A DNA stretch of 64,000 bases from a bacterium. GTDB lineage: Bacteria; Patescibacteriota; Microgenomatia; Daviesbacterales; UBA10151. The notes beneath the pieces were generated by a model. That model was not told the origin of the DNA. It was given only the letters and a program-made list of their open reading frames with translations, and did no database searches. Position numbers and translations under genes: made by a program. The stretch covers positions 26,301-90,300 of the forward strand of contig JAJYNW010000010.1 of assembly GCA_021786105.1 (NCBI GenBank), read 5' to 3'. Positions 26,967 through 37,742 of the stretch are shown here, in pieces (position 1 is the stretch's first letter; every line of letters starts with the position of its first letter).

Positions 26967-29736
26967 AGTACAAACAATAGGGCAACAAAACATTAAAGTT
27001 TATCGACTAGAGGGAATATTAGAAAAAGACGCCAAAATTTTGGCTGAAAAATTACTATCGGAATCAATCAACCAAAGGTATGCAATTAACCGTCCAATCC
27101 ACCTCGAAGGAGTTAAAGCCCACCTTCGAGGTGTGGCTGTAATAGAAATTGCTTATAAACCAGGGGTCATGAACCCGGAAGTAACATCGATTATGAAAGC
27201 TGCTTCTGATTTGGGGATTAAACTAATTGCCTGCGATAGCTCCATGGAGTACCTTAATAAAAAGGTTTCCTTTAATCCTTTAATAGAACATATAGTGACA
27301 GAAGAACCGCAAACACTTTTAATCAAAGAAAAACAAAGTCAAACTCAAATAATCCCAATCAGAAATCTTAATGATAAAGAGCTTTTGGATTTATCCAAAG
27401 ATAAACTTTTCTTAAATTTGGAAGAAATGCAAACCATCCAAAAATATTTTCAAAAAATCAACAGAGATCCGACTGATTTAGAACTGGAAACTTTAGCTCA
27501 AACTTGGAGCGAGCACTCCGGTCATAAAACTTTTAAAGCGAAATTAATTGTCGACGGCAAAGAAAAAGAACCGCTAATCCAAAGGATCAAAAAAGAGGCT
27601 TTGAAACATAATAAAAATATTGTGTCAGCATTTGAGGATAATTCCGGGGTGATGGATTTTTATGATGGTTTCGGAATTTGCGGCAAAGTGGAAACCCACA
27701 ATGCTCCGTCAGCTATTGAACCATATGGCGGGGCAATGACCGGTTCGGGTGGGGTGTTTCGCGATATCGCGGCAACCGGAAAAGGCGCAAAAAATATAGC
27801 CTCAACCGATATCTTTTGTTTTGCGCCGGTTGATTTACCTATTGAGAAATTACCTCAAGGTTGTTTGCCGCCGGAATATTTATTAAAAAGGGTGGTAGCC
27901 GGAGTGAGGGATTACGGGAATAGAATGGGAATTTCGACTAATAACGGATCAGTGCATTTCCAGGAAGATTTTCGGGCCAGACCAACAGTGATTGTGGGGG
28001 CATACGGCATAGTGCCGAAAAAATATGCTTTAAAAGACAAGCCGAAAATTGGAGATTTGATAATTTGTGTGGGCGGGCGGACAGGCAGGGATGGAATTCA
28101 CGGAGCCACTTTTTCTTCCGGTGAAATGACTGAACGGACAATTGAAGTGCATTCTTCAGCGGTGCAAATTGGCAATGCCATTGAGGAAAAAAGAATGTTT
28201 GATGCGCTCTTGGAAGCTAGAGACAGAGATTTAATCAGGTTGATACAGGATGTCGGTGGTGGAGGATTCTCGTCAGCTGTCGGTGAAATTGGAGAAAGTT
28301 TAGGGGTATCAGTTGATATTAAAAATGCGCCGTTAAAATACCAGGGTTTAGCACCTTGGGAAATTTGGGTGTCAGAGTCCCAGGAAAGAATGGTGGTGGT
28401 TTTAGAGGAAAAGAATCTGGAAGGATTTAAAGACCTTTGCAAAAAACATAACGTGGAGATGGCAGTTTTAGGAAAGTTTGATGGCAGTAAAAAATTAAAC
28501 GTGACTTTTGGAGAGGAAGTTGTCGGCGATTTAGATATGCATTTTTTGCATAAAGGGTTACCGAAAAGAATTCTTAAAGCCACCTCTCCTGTCATTCTGA
28601 GCACAGCGAAGAATCTCGAGATTAATGAATTTAGAGATCCTTCACTAATCGTTCAGGATGACAAAATTGAAGAGCCAAAAACAGAAAAAGAATGGATTGA
28701 AGTTTTGAAAAAGGTTTTGGGTCACGGTAATGTTTGTTCAAAAGAGCCAATTGTCCGGATGTATGACCATTCGGTCCAGGGGACTAATGATTTGCAGCCC
28801 TTTTCCGGTGTAACTTTAGACGGGCCAAATGATTCTCCGGTTTTGCGGCCATTCTTGGATAAAAAATATGGCATGGTAATTTCTCATGGATTAAATCCGA
28901 TACTAAATAATATTGATCCATATTGGGGGAGTATTTGGGCAGCAACAGAAAGCTTATCAAATTTTGTGGCAGTGGGAGGAGACTATAAAGAAGCTTGTCT
29001 GATAAATAATTATATTTGGCCGTTTCCGGATGAGGAATCACTTTGGTCATTGGATAGATCTGTTGATGCAGTAGTAGATTTTATGAAAGTTTTCCAAATC
29101 CCGGTAATTTCAGGCAAGGATAGTTTGTCCTCAACTTACCGGGCAGCAAACGGCACGATTATTAAAATTCCCCCAACACTTTGTATGTCAGTTTTTGGCA
29201 GAATTCTTGATGTCGATAAAACTGTCACTGCTGATTTTAAGAAAGTTGGTTCAACAATTTTGTTGGTAGGAAAAACGGATAAAAGTTTAGGCGGATCCAT
29301 ATATTATCAAGTAAATAATTTAGAAGGAAATTCTTTGCCGAAAGTAGATTTGAAATTATTGTCAGAAGTTTTTACAGCAGTTAATAACGCAATAACAAAT
29401 GGAAAAGCATTAGCAGTTCACGATGTATCAGAAGGGGGAATAATTTCTACAATCTTTGAAATGTGTGTGGGCGGAGGGATGGGGGCAGATATCCACCTCG
29501 AAGGAGTCAAAGCCCACCTTCGAGGTGATCAGATTTTGTTTAACGAAACTGCAGGGTGTTTTATTGTTGAGGTGGAAAACAAAAAAGTCGCTGAGCGACT
29601 TTTTAAAAATATTCCTTATCACATCTTAGGAGAAACAAAAGTAGATCAAAAAATAGAAGTAAAAAATCTGTTTAAAGCCGACGTTAATGATTTGAAAAAA
29701 GCTTGGCAGGAACCAATGAGGAGGTGCTTCAAATGA
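26950..29736 (+). CDS. purL: FGAM synthase PurL with an N-terminal PurS-like extension; carries three in-frame repeat insertions
   Basis: 928 aa with PurL AIRS-domain motifs (VETHNAPSAIEPYGGA, GDYKEACLINNYIWPF). purQ follows. Confidence 0.85.
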   Translation: MIQKVRVQTIGQQNIKVYRLEGILEKDAKILAEKLLSESINQRYAINRPIHLEGVKAHLRGVAVIEIAYKPGVMNPEVTSIMKAASDLGIKLIACDSSMEYLNKKVSFNPLIEHIVTEEPQTLLIKEKQSQTQIIPIRNLNDKELLDLSKDKLFLNLEEMQTIQKYFQKINRDPTDLELETLAQTWSEHSGHKTFKAKLIVDGKEKEPLIQRIKKEALKHNKNIVSAFEDNSGVMDFYDGFGICGKVETHNAPSAIEPYGGAMTGSGGVFRDIAATGKGAKNIASTDIFCFAPVDLPIEKLPQGCLPPEYLLKRVVAGVRDYGNRMGISTNNGSVHFQEDFRARPTVIVGAYGIVPKKYALKDKPKIGDLIICVGGRTGRDGIHGATFSSGEMTERTIEVHSSAVQIGNAIEEKRMFDALLEARDRDLIRLIQDVGGGGFSSAVGEIGESLGVSVDIKNAPLKYQGLAPWEIWVSESQERMVVVLEEKNLEGFKDLCKKHNVEMAVLGKFDGSKKLNVTFGEEVVGDLDMHFLHKGLPKRILKATSPVILSTAKNLEINEFRDPSLIVQDDKIEEPKTEKEWIEVLKKVLGHGNVCSKEPIVRMYDHSVQGTNDLQPFSGVTLDGPNDSPVLRPFLDKKYGMVISHGLNPILNNIDPYWGSIWAATESLSNFVAVGGDYKEACLINNYIWPFPDEESLWSLDRSVDAVVDFMKVFQIPVISGKDSLSSTYRAANGTIIKIPPTLCMSVFGRILDVDKTVTADFKKVGSTILLVGKTDKSLGGSIYYQVNNLEGNSLPKVDLKLLSEVFTAVNNAITNGKALAVHDVSEGGIISTIFEMCVGGGMGADIHLEGVKAHLRGDQILFNETAGCFIVEVENKKVAERLFKNIPYHILGETKVDQKIEVKNLFKADVNDLKKAWQEPMRRCFK
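27097..27133. repeat. 37 nt palindromic element (CACCTCGAAGG-loop-CCTTCGAGGTG) in-frame inside purL, encoding IHLEGVKAHLRG
   Basis: It matches 29491-29527 at 36 of 37 nt inside the same gene, while the flanking protein sequences are unrelated. Confidence 0.6.
28590..28663. repeat. 74 nt MITE-like element in-frame inside purL (TGTCATTCTGAGCACAGCGAAGAATCTCGAG...TCGTTCAGGATGACA), encoding VILSTAKNLEINEFRDPSLIVQDD
   Basis: Almost identical to the intergenic copy at 36124-36196, with the same termini and internal AGAGATCCTTCACTAATCGTTCAGGATGACA. Confidence 0.6.
29491..29527. repeat. second copy of the 37 nt CACCTCGAAGG/CCTTCGAGGTG palindrome in-frame in purL
   Basis: See 27097-27133. Confidence 0.6.
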
Positions 29737-30515
29737 GACCAAAAGTTTTAGTTTTAAAAGCAGATGGAACAAACCGGGATGAAGAAATGGCTTTTGCTTT
29801 TAAGATTGCAGGTGGGGATCCGAAAATAATTCATGTAAACGAATTGCGAAATGGATCAGAGAGAATGGAAAATTTTCAAATTTTGGCTTTACCGGGCGGG
29901 TTTGCTTATGGGGATGATATTGTGTCGGGAAAGATTTTAGCAATTGAATTAACCTCATTTTTTGCAGAAGAACTAAGGAAATTTATTGATAGGAAAGATA
30001 CGGCAATTTTGGGAATTTGTAATGGATTTCAAGTTTTGGTCCGAACAGGTTTGCTTCCATTTAGAAATGTGGGAAGAATGGATGTGACTTTGACTAATAA
30101 TGATTCCGGGCATTTTGAGTGCAGATGGGTGAAAGTAAAAGTTAATAAAAACAGTAGGTCTAAATTTTTGCGGGGACTTGAGGAGCGAATTATTTGGTAT
30201 CCGGTGGCACACGGTGAAGGAAAATTCTTTACAGACAATAAAACTTTAAAAAAAATAGAAGATAATAATTTAGTTGCATTTAGGTATGTTGATAATAATG
30301 GGAATCAGACCCAAAATTATCCGGCAAACCCTAACGGTTCTTTAAATGCGGTAGTAGGAATTTCTGATGAGACTGGCAGAATTTTAGGAATGATGCCGCA
30401 TCCGGAGTGTTTTGTGAGAGTTGAGCAGCACCCAAACTGGCGGCGTGGTAAAGTTAAAGTAATGGGTTTACCGCTTTTTGAAAATATAGTGGAATTCGTG
30501 AAAGGAGTAAAATGA
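29733..30515 (+). CDS. purQ: FGAM synthase glutaminase subunit
   Basis: GGAG SD, then MRPKVLVLKADGTN...GICNGFQ. Class I glutamine amidotransferase motifs present. Confidence 0.9.
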   Translation: MRPKVLVLKADGTNRDEEMAFAFKIAGGDPKIIHVNELRNGSERMENFQILALPGGFAYGDDIVSGKILAIELTSFFAEELRKFIDRKDTAILGICNGFQVLVRTGLLPFRNVGRMDVTLTNNDSGHFECRWVKVKVNKNSRSKFLRGLEERIIWYPVAHGEGKFFTDNKTLKKIEDNNLVAFRYVDNNGNQTQNYPANPNGSLNAVVGISDETGRILGMMPHPECFVRVEQHPNWRRGKVKVMGLPLFENIVEFVKGVK

Positions 30516-32047
30516 TAATACTTATTGATTTTGGATCACAAACAGCACATTTAATAGCCCGAAGAATTCGGGAGCTAGGGGTAGGGTGTGAAATTGTGGT
30601 GCCGTCTGAGGCAGCTGAAACAATAAAGCAGAAAAAACCGGAAGGAATTATTTTTTCCGGTGGACCCGCTTCAGTTTACGAAGATGATTCTCCAACTATT
30701 GAAAAAGAGATTTTTGAACTAGGGATTCCGATTTTGGGAATTTGTTACGGTCAGCAATTGATGTGCCAGCTTTTAGGGGGAGAGGTAAAGCCAGGATTTA
30801 AAAAAGAATATGGACCAGCAGTTCTGGAGTCAGTGGATCAGCGGATTGGCGAATCAGGGTTATTTCATGGTATTCCAAGCGGGATAACGGTTTGGATGAG
30901 CCACGGGGATGAGGTGGTTAAAATCCCGGCAGGTTTCCAAACTTTTGCTGTGACAAAAACAATCCCACACGCCGTGATTGAAAATAAAGACAAAAAGATT
31001 TACGGCATTCAATTTCATCCGGAAGTAGTCCATACAGAATTTGGTACCGAGATCTTGGAAAACTTTATTAAGATTTGTGGATTAACCCCCAAAAGGTCAG
31101 AAATAAATGAAGAGTTTGTTAAAAATATTATTGAAGATGTGAAAGATTCGGTGGGGGGCGAAAAAGCAATTTGTGCATTATCCGGAGGTGTTGATTCTTC
31201 TGTTGCAGCCCTCTTAGTTTTTAAAGCAATTGGTAGGAATTTAACCTCTCTTTATATTGATTCAGGACTCATGAGGGAAGGTGAGACAGATGCTTTGCGA
31301 CAAGTTTTTTCCAAACATTATGACATGAATATAAAAGTAATAGATGCAAAAGAAGAATTTTTAAAGAATCTAAAAGAAGTTACAGATCCAGAGCAAAAAA
31401 GAAAAATAATTGGTAAAATTTTTATTGAAGTTTTTGAAAAAGCTGCCAAAGAAAATGGGGCCAAGTTTTTAGTCCAGGGAACAATTTATCCGGATGTAAT
31501 CGAAAGTGCTGGCACCAAACATGCTAAAGTCATTAAATCCCACCATAACGTTGGTGGATTACCGGAAAATATGAATTTGGTTTTAATAGAACCACTCCGG
31601 AATTTTTATAAAGATGAAGTAAGAAAAATTGGTAAAGTCTTGGGATTGCCTGAGGAAATAATTAACCGGCAGCCTTTTCCGGGACCGGGGCTGGCGGTCA
31701 GAATTATCGGTGATGTGACAGAAAAGAAATTAGAGATTTTAAGAAAAGCGGATAAGATAATTCAGGAAGAAATCGGAAAAACTGAATGGTCAGAAAAACT
31801 TTGGCAAGTGTTTGCGGTATTTACCGGAGTAAAAACCACCGGAGTTCGGGGAGATGAACGGGCTTATGGGGAAACAATTGCCATTAGGGCAATTGAGGCT
31901 CAAGATGCCATGTCAGCCAATTTTGCCAAATTACCCTATGAACTTTTAGAAAAAATCTCCACTAGAATTGTGAATGAAGTAAAGGAAGTAAACAGGGTAG
32001 TCTACGACATCACCAACAAGCCTCCTGCTACCATGGAGTGGGAATAA
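30512..32047 (+). CDS. guaA: GMP synthase (glutamine-hydrolysing)
   Basis: Glutamine amidotransferase domain (GICYGQQ), ATP-PPase SGGVDSS and a C-terminal dimerisation domain, 511 aa. Confidence 0.9.
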   Translation: MIILIDFGSQTAHLIARRIRELGVGCEIVVPSEAAETIKQKKPEGIIFSGGPASVYEDDSPTIEKEIFELGIPILGICYGQQLMCQLLGGEVKPGFKKEYGPAVLESVDQRIGESGLFHGIPSGITVWMSHGDEVVKIPAGFQTFAVTKTIPHAVIENKDKKIYGIQFHPEVVHTEFGTEILENFIKICGLTPKRSEINEEFVKNIIEDVKDSVGGEKAICALSGGVDSSVAALLVFKAIGRNLTSLYIDSGLMREGETDALRQVFSKHYDMNIKVIDAKEEFLKNLKEVTDPEQKRKIIGKIFIEVFEKAAKENGAKFLVQGTIYPDVIESAGTKHAKVIKSHHNVGGLPENMNLVLIEPLRNFYKDEVRKIGKVLGLPEEIINRQPFPGPGLAVRIIGDVTEKKLEILRKADKIIQEEIGKTEWSEKLWQVFAVFTGVKTTGVRGDERAYGETIAIRAIEAQDAMSANFAKLPYELLEKISTRIVNEVKEVNRVVYDITNKPPATMEWE

Positions 32048-32074
32048 AGATTGATTCAATGATTCAACTCATAG

Positions 32075-34014
<1,940 letters not shown>

Positions 34015-34016
34015 TT

Positions 34017-35033
34017 ATGGGAATTAAAAATTACACAATTGTAACTTTAGGTTCTCACTCCGCCCTGCAAATTTTAAAAGGGGCAAAAGACGAAGGGTTC
34101 AAAACTGCGGTCGTAGCAACTCCCAACAGAATTCCCCTTTATAAATCTTACCCAAACTTTATTGACGAAATTTTAGAGGTAAAATCCTGGAATGAGTTTC
34201 CAAAACTTGAAAGTGAGTTAGTCAAAAGAAATTGTATTGTTATTCCTCATGGATCCTTTGTGGCATATTTGGGAATGGATGAAAATAAAGAAATGAAAGT
34301 GCCTTATTTCGGAAACAAGGCAGTTTTAGATTGGGAGGAAAACCGGAAAATGCAAAGGACTTGGATGGAAGAGTCGGGGGTAAAAGTGCCGCATAGATTC
34401 AAAAGAGGAGATAAGATAGACCGGCCGGTGATTGTAAAATCCCATGGGGCCTCTGGTGGAAAAGGCTATTTTACAGCCAGAAACCAAAAAGAATTTGATG
34501 AAAAATTAAAGAAATATAATGAGGAAAAATTTATGGTTCAAGAATATGTGATCGGAGTACCGCTTTATTTTTCATTTTTCTATTCACCCTTAACAAAAAA
34601 AGTAGAAATAATGAGTATTGATAAACGGTATGAAACGAACGTTGATTCCTTAGGTAGGATTCCGGCGAAAAACCAGAGAGGGTTAAATATTGAGCCATCC
34701 TTTGAGGTGGTGGCAAATATTCCATTGGCTGTTAGGGAATCAATGTTGGCGGAGGCAGTTTCAATGGCGGAAAGGGTGGTTGAAACTTCCCGGAAACTCA
34801 TACCGGAGAAAGGCCTTTTTGGACCATTTTGTCTGGAAACAATTATTACATCAAGTGAGGAAATTTATGTAATTGAAATATCAGCTAGGATTGTTGCCGG
34901 AACTAATTTTTTCATAAATGGTTCGCCTTATACATATCTTTTGTATGATGAACCGATGTCAACAGGTAGACGGATTGCCAGAGAGATTAAAAATGCAATA
35001 AACTTAAATAAATTGAAAGAGGTGTTAGATTGA
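34017..35033 (+). CDS. purP: archaeal-type formate-dependent FAICAR synthetase (PurP family, ATP-grasp)
   Basis: N-terminal TLGSHSALQILKGAKDEGF signature typical of PurP (DUF1246/DUF1297), 338 aa. Confidence 0.7.
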   Translation: MGIKNYTIVTLGSHSALQILKGAKDEGFKTAVVATPNRIPLYKSYPNFIDEILEVKSWNEFPKLESELVKRNCIVIPHGSFVAYLGMDENKEMKVPYFGNKAVLDWEENRKMQRTWMEESGVKVPHRFKRGDKIDRPVIVKSHGASGGKGYFTARNQKEFDEKLKKYNEEKFMVQEYVIGVPLYFSFFYSPLTKKVEIMSIDKRYETNVDSLGRIPAKNQRGLNIEPSFEVVANIPLAVRESMLAEAVSMAERVVETSRKLIPEKGLFGPFCLETIITSSEEIYVIEISARIVAGTNFFINGSPYTYLLYDEPMSTGRRIAREIKNAINLNKLKEVLD

Positions 35034-36118
35034 TGAATAATTACACAATTGCTGTTTTAGGTTCTCACTCTGCTTTAGACGTTTGCCGGGGTGCAAAAGA
35101 TTTAGGATTTAGGACTTTAGTGATTTGCAAAAAGGGAAGAGAAAAAACTTACAAAGATTATTATGCTTCTAATGGCAAATTAGGTTGTGTTGATGAAGTG
35201 ATTGTGCTGGATGAATTTAAAGATATTTTAAATAAAGAGATCCAAGAAGAACTCCTTAAAAAAAATTGTATTTTTGTTCCCCACCGGTCTTTTGAAGTTT
35301 ACATCAATGATTACAATGCGATTGAGAAAAAATTTAAAGTGCCGATGTTTGGGAACAGGTTCTTATTAAAAGCGGAAGAACGGGGAGTCAAACCAAACCA
35401 ATATGATTTATTGGATGCGGCCAAAATCCGCTACCCCAAACAATTTAAAAATCCGGAAAGTATTGACCGGCTTTGTATTGTTAAAGTTTTGGAAAAAGAA
35501 CGGGGATTTGAAAGGGCATTTTTCTTTGCCGAATCTTTTGAAGAGTATAAAGTGGGAGTAGCTCATGGATTGGGTCTAGGCAAGTTTACTGAGGAGCAGA
35601 TAAAAGCAGCAGTGATTGAGGAATTTATTGTGGGGGTGCAAGTAAATTTTAATTTCTTTTATTCACCAGTAAACAAACGGCTCGAACTAATTGGGACTGA
35701 TACCAGAAGGCAAACTAATATTGAGGGTTTAACTAAATTACCATCTATTTACGAAGAAGAGTTAATTAAAAAGATTGGAGTCAAATATGAAGAAGCCGGA
35801 CATATTGCGGTGACGGTTTTAGAATCACTTTTGGAAGATGCATTCGCAATGGGGGAAAGATTTGTAGAGGCTACTCAAAAAATGGTTAAGACCGGTGTGA
35901 TTGGTCCATTTGGTTTGCAAACTATGATTACGGCTGGTCCGCCTAAAAAAGAAATAATTGTTTTTGATGTTTCACCCAGAATGCCGGGGAGCCCGGGAAT
36001 TTTTGCAACTCCGTACGGTAATTATTTATATGGTGAGCATTTATCGATGGGTAAAAGAGTCGCCATGGAAATAAAGGAAGCTTTAGAGAAAGGAGAGTTA
36101 GACAAAGTTTTAACTTAA
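35030..36118 (+). CDS. second PurP-family paralog (ATP-grasp)
   Basis: VLGSHSALDVCRGAKDLGF. It is a paralog of the upstream gene and overlaps its stop by 4 nt. Confidence 0.7.
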   Translation: MMNNYTIAVLGSHSALDVCRGAKDLGFRTLVICKKGREKTYKDYYASNGKLGCVDEVIVLDEFKDILNKEIQEELLKKNCIFVPHRSFEVYINDYNAIEKKFKVPMFGNRFLLKAEERGVKPNQYDLLDAAKIRYPKQFKNPESIDRLCIVKVLEKERGFERAFFFAESFEEYKVGVAHGLGLGKFTEEQIKAAVIEEFIVGVQVNFNFFYSPVNKRLELIGTDTRRQTNIEGLTKLPSIYEEELIKKIGVKYEEAGHIAVTVLESLLEDAFAMGERFVEATQKMVKTGVIGPFGLQTMITAGPPKKEIIVFDVSPRMPGSPGIFATPYGNYLYGEHLSMGKRVAMEIKEALEKGELDKVLT

Positions 36119-36123
36119 CATAT

Positions 36124-36196
36124 TGTCATTCTGAGGCGTAGCCGAAGAATCTCAAGATTTAGTCCAGAGATCCTTCACTAATCGTTCAGGATGACA
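36124..36196. repeat. 73 nt MITE-like element (TGTCATTCTGAGG...TTCAGGATGACA) between purP2 and purH
   Basis: Near-identical to the in-frame copy at 28590-28663. Its 3' end (AGGATGACAG) lies 7 nt from the purH ATG. Confidence 0.6.
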
Positions 36197-36203
36197 GAAA
36201 CAT

Positions 36204-37742
36204 ATGAAAACTGATAAACGATTCGCCTTGCTGAGTGTTTATGATAAAACCGGAATTGCTGATTTTGCTAAAGTGCTCCAAAAGTTAGAATATACCATCA
36301 TTTCCACAGGCGGCACACTAAATGTTCTAGAAGAAAACGGCGTTAAGGTAATACCGATTGATGAAATTACCGGTAACCCTAGGGATTCGTTTGACGGCCG
36401 GATGAAAACCATTAGTTTCCAAATTGAGTCAGGTATTTTATTTGATAGAAAAAATTTCAAGCATGTGACAGAAGCTAATAAACTGAATGTGCCGCAAATC
36501 GATATGGTGGTTTGTAATCTTTACCCGTTTGAAGAAAAACCCGGTATTGAAACAATTGATGTGGGTGGTCCAACTATGATCAGGGCAGCTGCCAAAAATC
36601 ATAGCAATGTTTTAGTTGTAGTTAGCCCGGATGATTATGGATTAGTAGCTGATGCTTTGGAGAAAGGAAAGGTAACTGATAAATTAAGAAAGGAATTAGC
36701 ATCAAGAGCCTTTTACCATTTATCGTTTTATGATTCCCAAATTGGCAACTTTTTCTCTGATAAAAAATTTCCTAAGGAATTAACAGTACCACTTAGAAGA
36801 TTAAGCGTTTTGCGGTATGGGGAAAACCCGCACCAGGCCGGTGCTTTATATTTAATGCCAAAGGCTAATTCTCCTTTAGGTAAATTGAAACATCTTTGGG
36901 GTAGGGAATTATCCGGTACAAATATCGGAGATATCTATACCGGCTTGGAAACTGTTAGGCAATTTAGCGAACCGGCGGCAGCAGTGATGAAACATTTGAG
37001 TCCTTGCGGGATAGCTACCGGTAAGACGGCCGAAGAAGCATTAGACAGAGCAGTAAAAGCAGATCCGGTTTCCGCCTTTGGCGGGGTAGTTGTTTTGAAT
37101 AAACCAATGGACTTGAAGGCGGCCAAAATTATTGCCACTTTTAAAAACGAAAAAGAAGGTAATACGGATATCGTGGCAGTGCCGGAAATTTCTGCAGATG
37201 CTTTGGAGCTTTTGAAAAAAGTTAGAAAAACTATGGGAGTTTATACCTTTGGTAAGATTCCTGCAAACAGGACTGAAAATTGGGATTTGAAATATTTTGC
37301 CGGGGCAGTACTGTTGCAGGATTATGATGATAATGTAGAAAAAAGTTTTGCTAGTTGGAAAGTCGTGACTAAGAAAAAGCCAACTCAAAAACAGCTGGAG
37401 CTAATGCATTTTGGTTTTAAGGCAGTAAAGGCGGTTAAATCAAATTCTGTTTTGGTGGTGGATAAAAATATCCCAATGACGCGAGGAATTGGTTCCGGAC
37501 AAACTTCCCGGATTGGAGCTACTAAAATTGCTTTGGAACAAGCCGGGGATTTGGCCAAAAGTGGTATTCTAATAAGTGACAGCTTTTTTCCGTTTGATGA
37601 TAGCGTTAAGATGGCGGTGAAATTTGGCATTGGGGTAATCGCGGAACAGGGCGGATCGATAAATGACCAGATGTCCGTGATAGCTGCTGATGAGGCTGGT
37701 ATTGCAATGGTGTTTACCGGAAGGAGGGCATTCAGACACTAA
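36204..37742 (+). CDS. purH: bifunctional AICAR transformylase/IMP cyclohydrolase
   Basis: MGS-like IMPCH N-terminal domain (LSVYDKTG, ISTGGT) and an AICARFT C-terminal domain, 512 aa. Its stop overlaps the purB ATG (TAATG). Confidence 0.9.
   Translation: MKTDKRFALLSVYDKTGIADFAKVLQKLEYTIISTGGTLNVLEENGVKVIPIDEITGNPRDSFDGRMKTISFQIESGILFDRKNFKHVTEANKLNVPQIDMVVCNLYPFEEKPGIETIDVGGPTMIRAAAKNHSNVLVVVSPDDYGLVADALEKGKVTDKLRKELASRAFYHLSFYDSQIGNFFSDKKFPKELTVPLRRLSVLRYGENPHQAGALYLMPKANSPLGKLKHLWGRELSGTNIGDIYTGLETVRQFSEPAAAVMKHLSPCGIATGKTAEEALDRAVKADPVSAFGGVVVLNKPMDLKAAKIIATFKNEKEGNTDIVAVPEISADALELLKKVRKTMGVYTFGKIPANRTENWDLKYFAGAVLLQDYDDNVEKSFASWKVVTKKKPTQKQLELMHFGFKAVKAVKSNSVLVVDKNIPMTRGIGSGQTSRIGATKIALEQAGDLAKSGILISDSFFPFDDSVKMAVKFGIGVIAEQGGSINDQMSVIAADEAGIAMVFTGRRAFRH

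Noticed and set aside
28098-28604. 168 aa minus-strand ORF inside purL
   Set aside because: Antisense shadow ORF within a well-supported gene.
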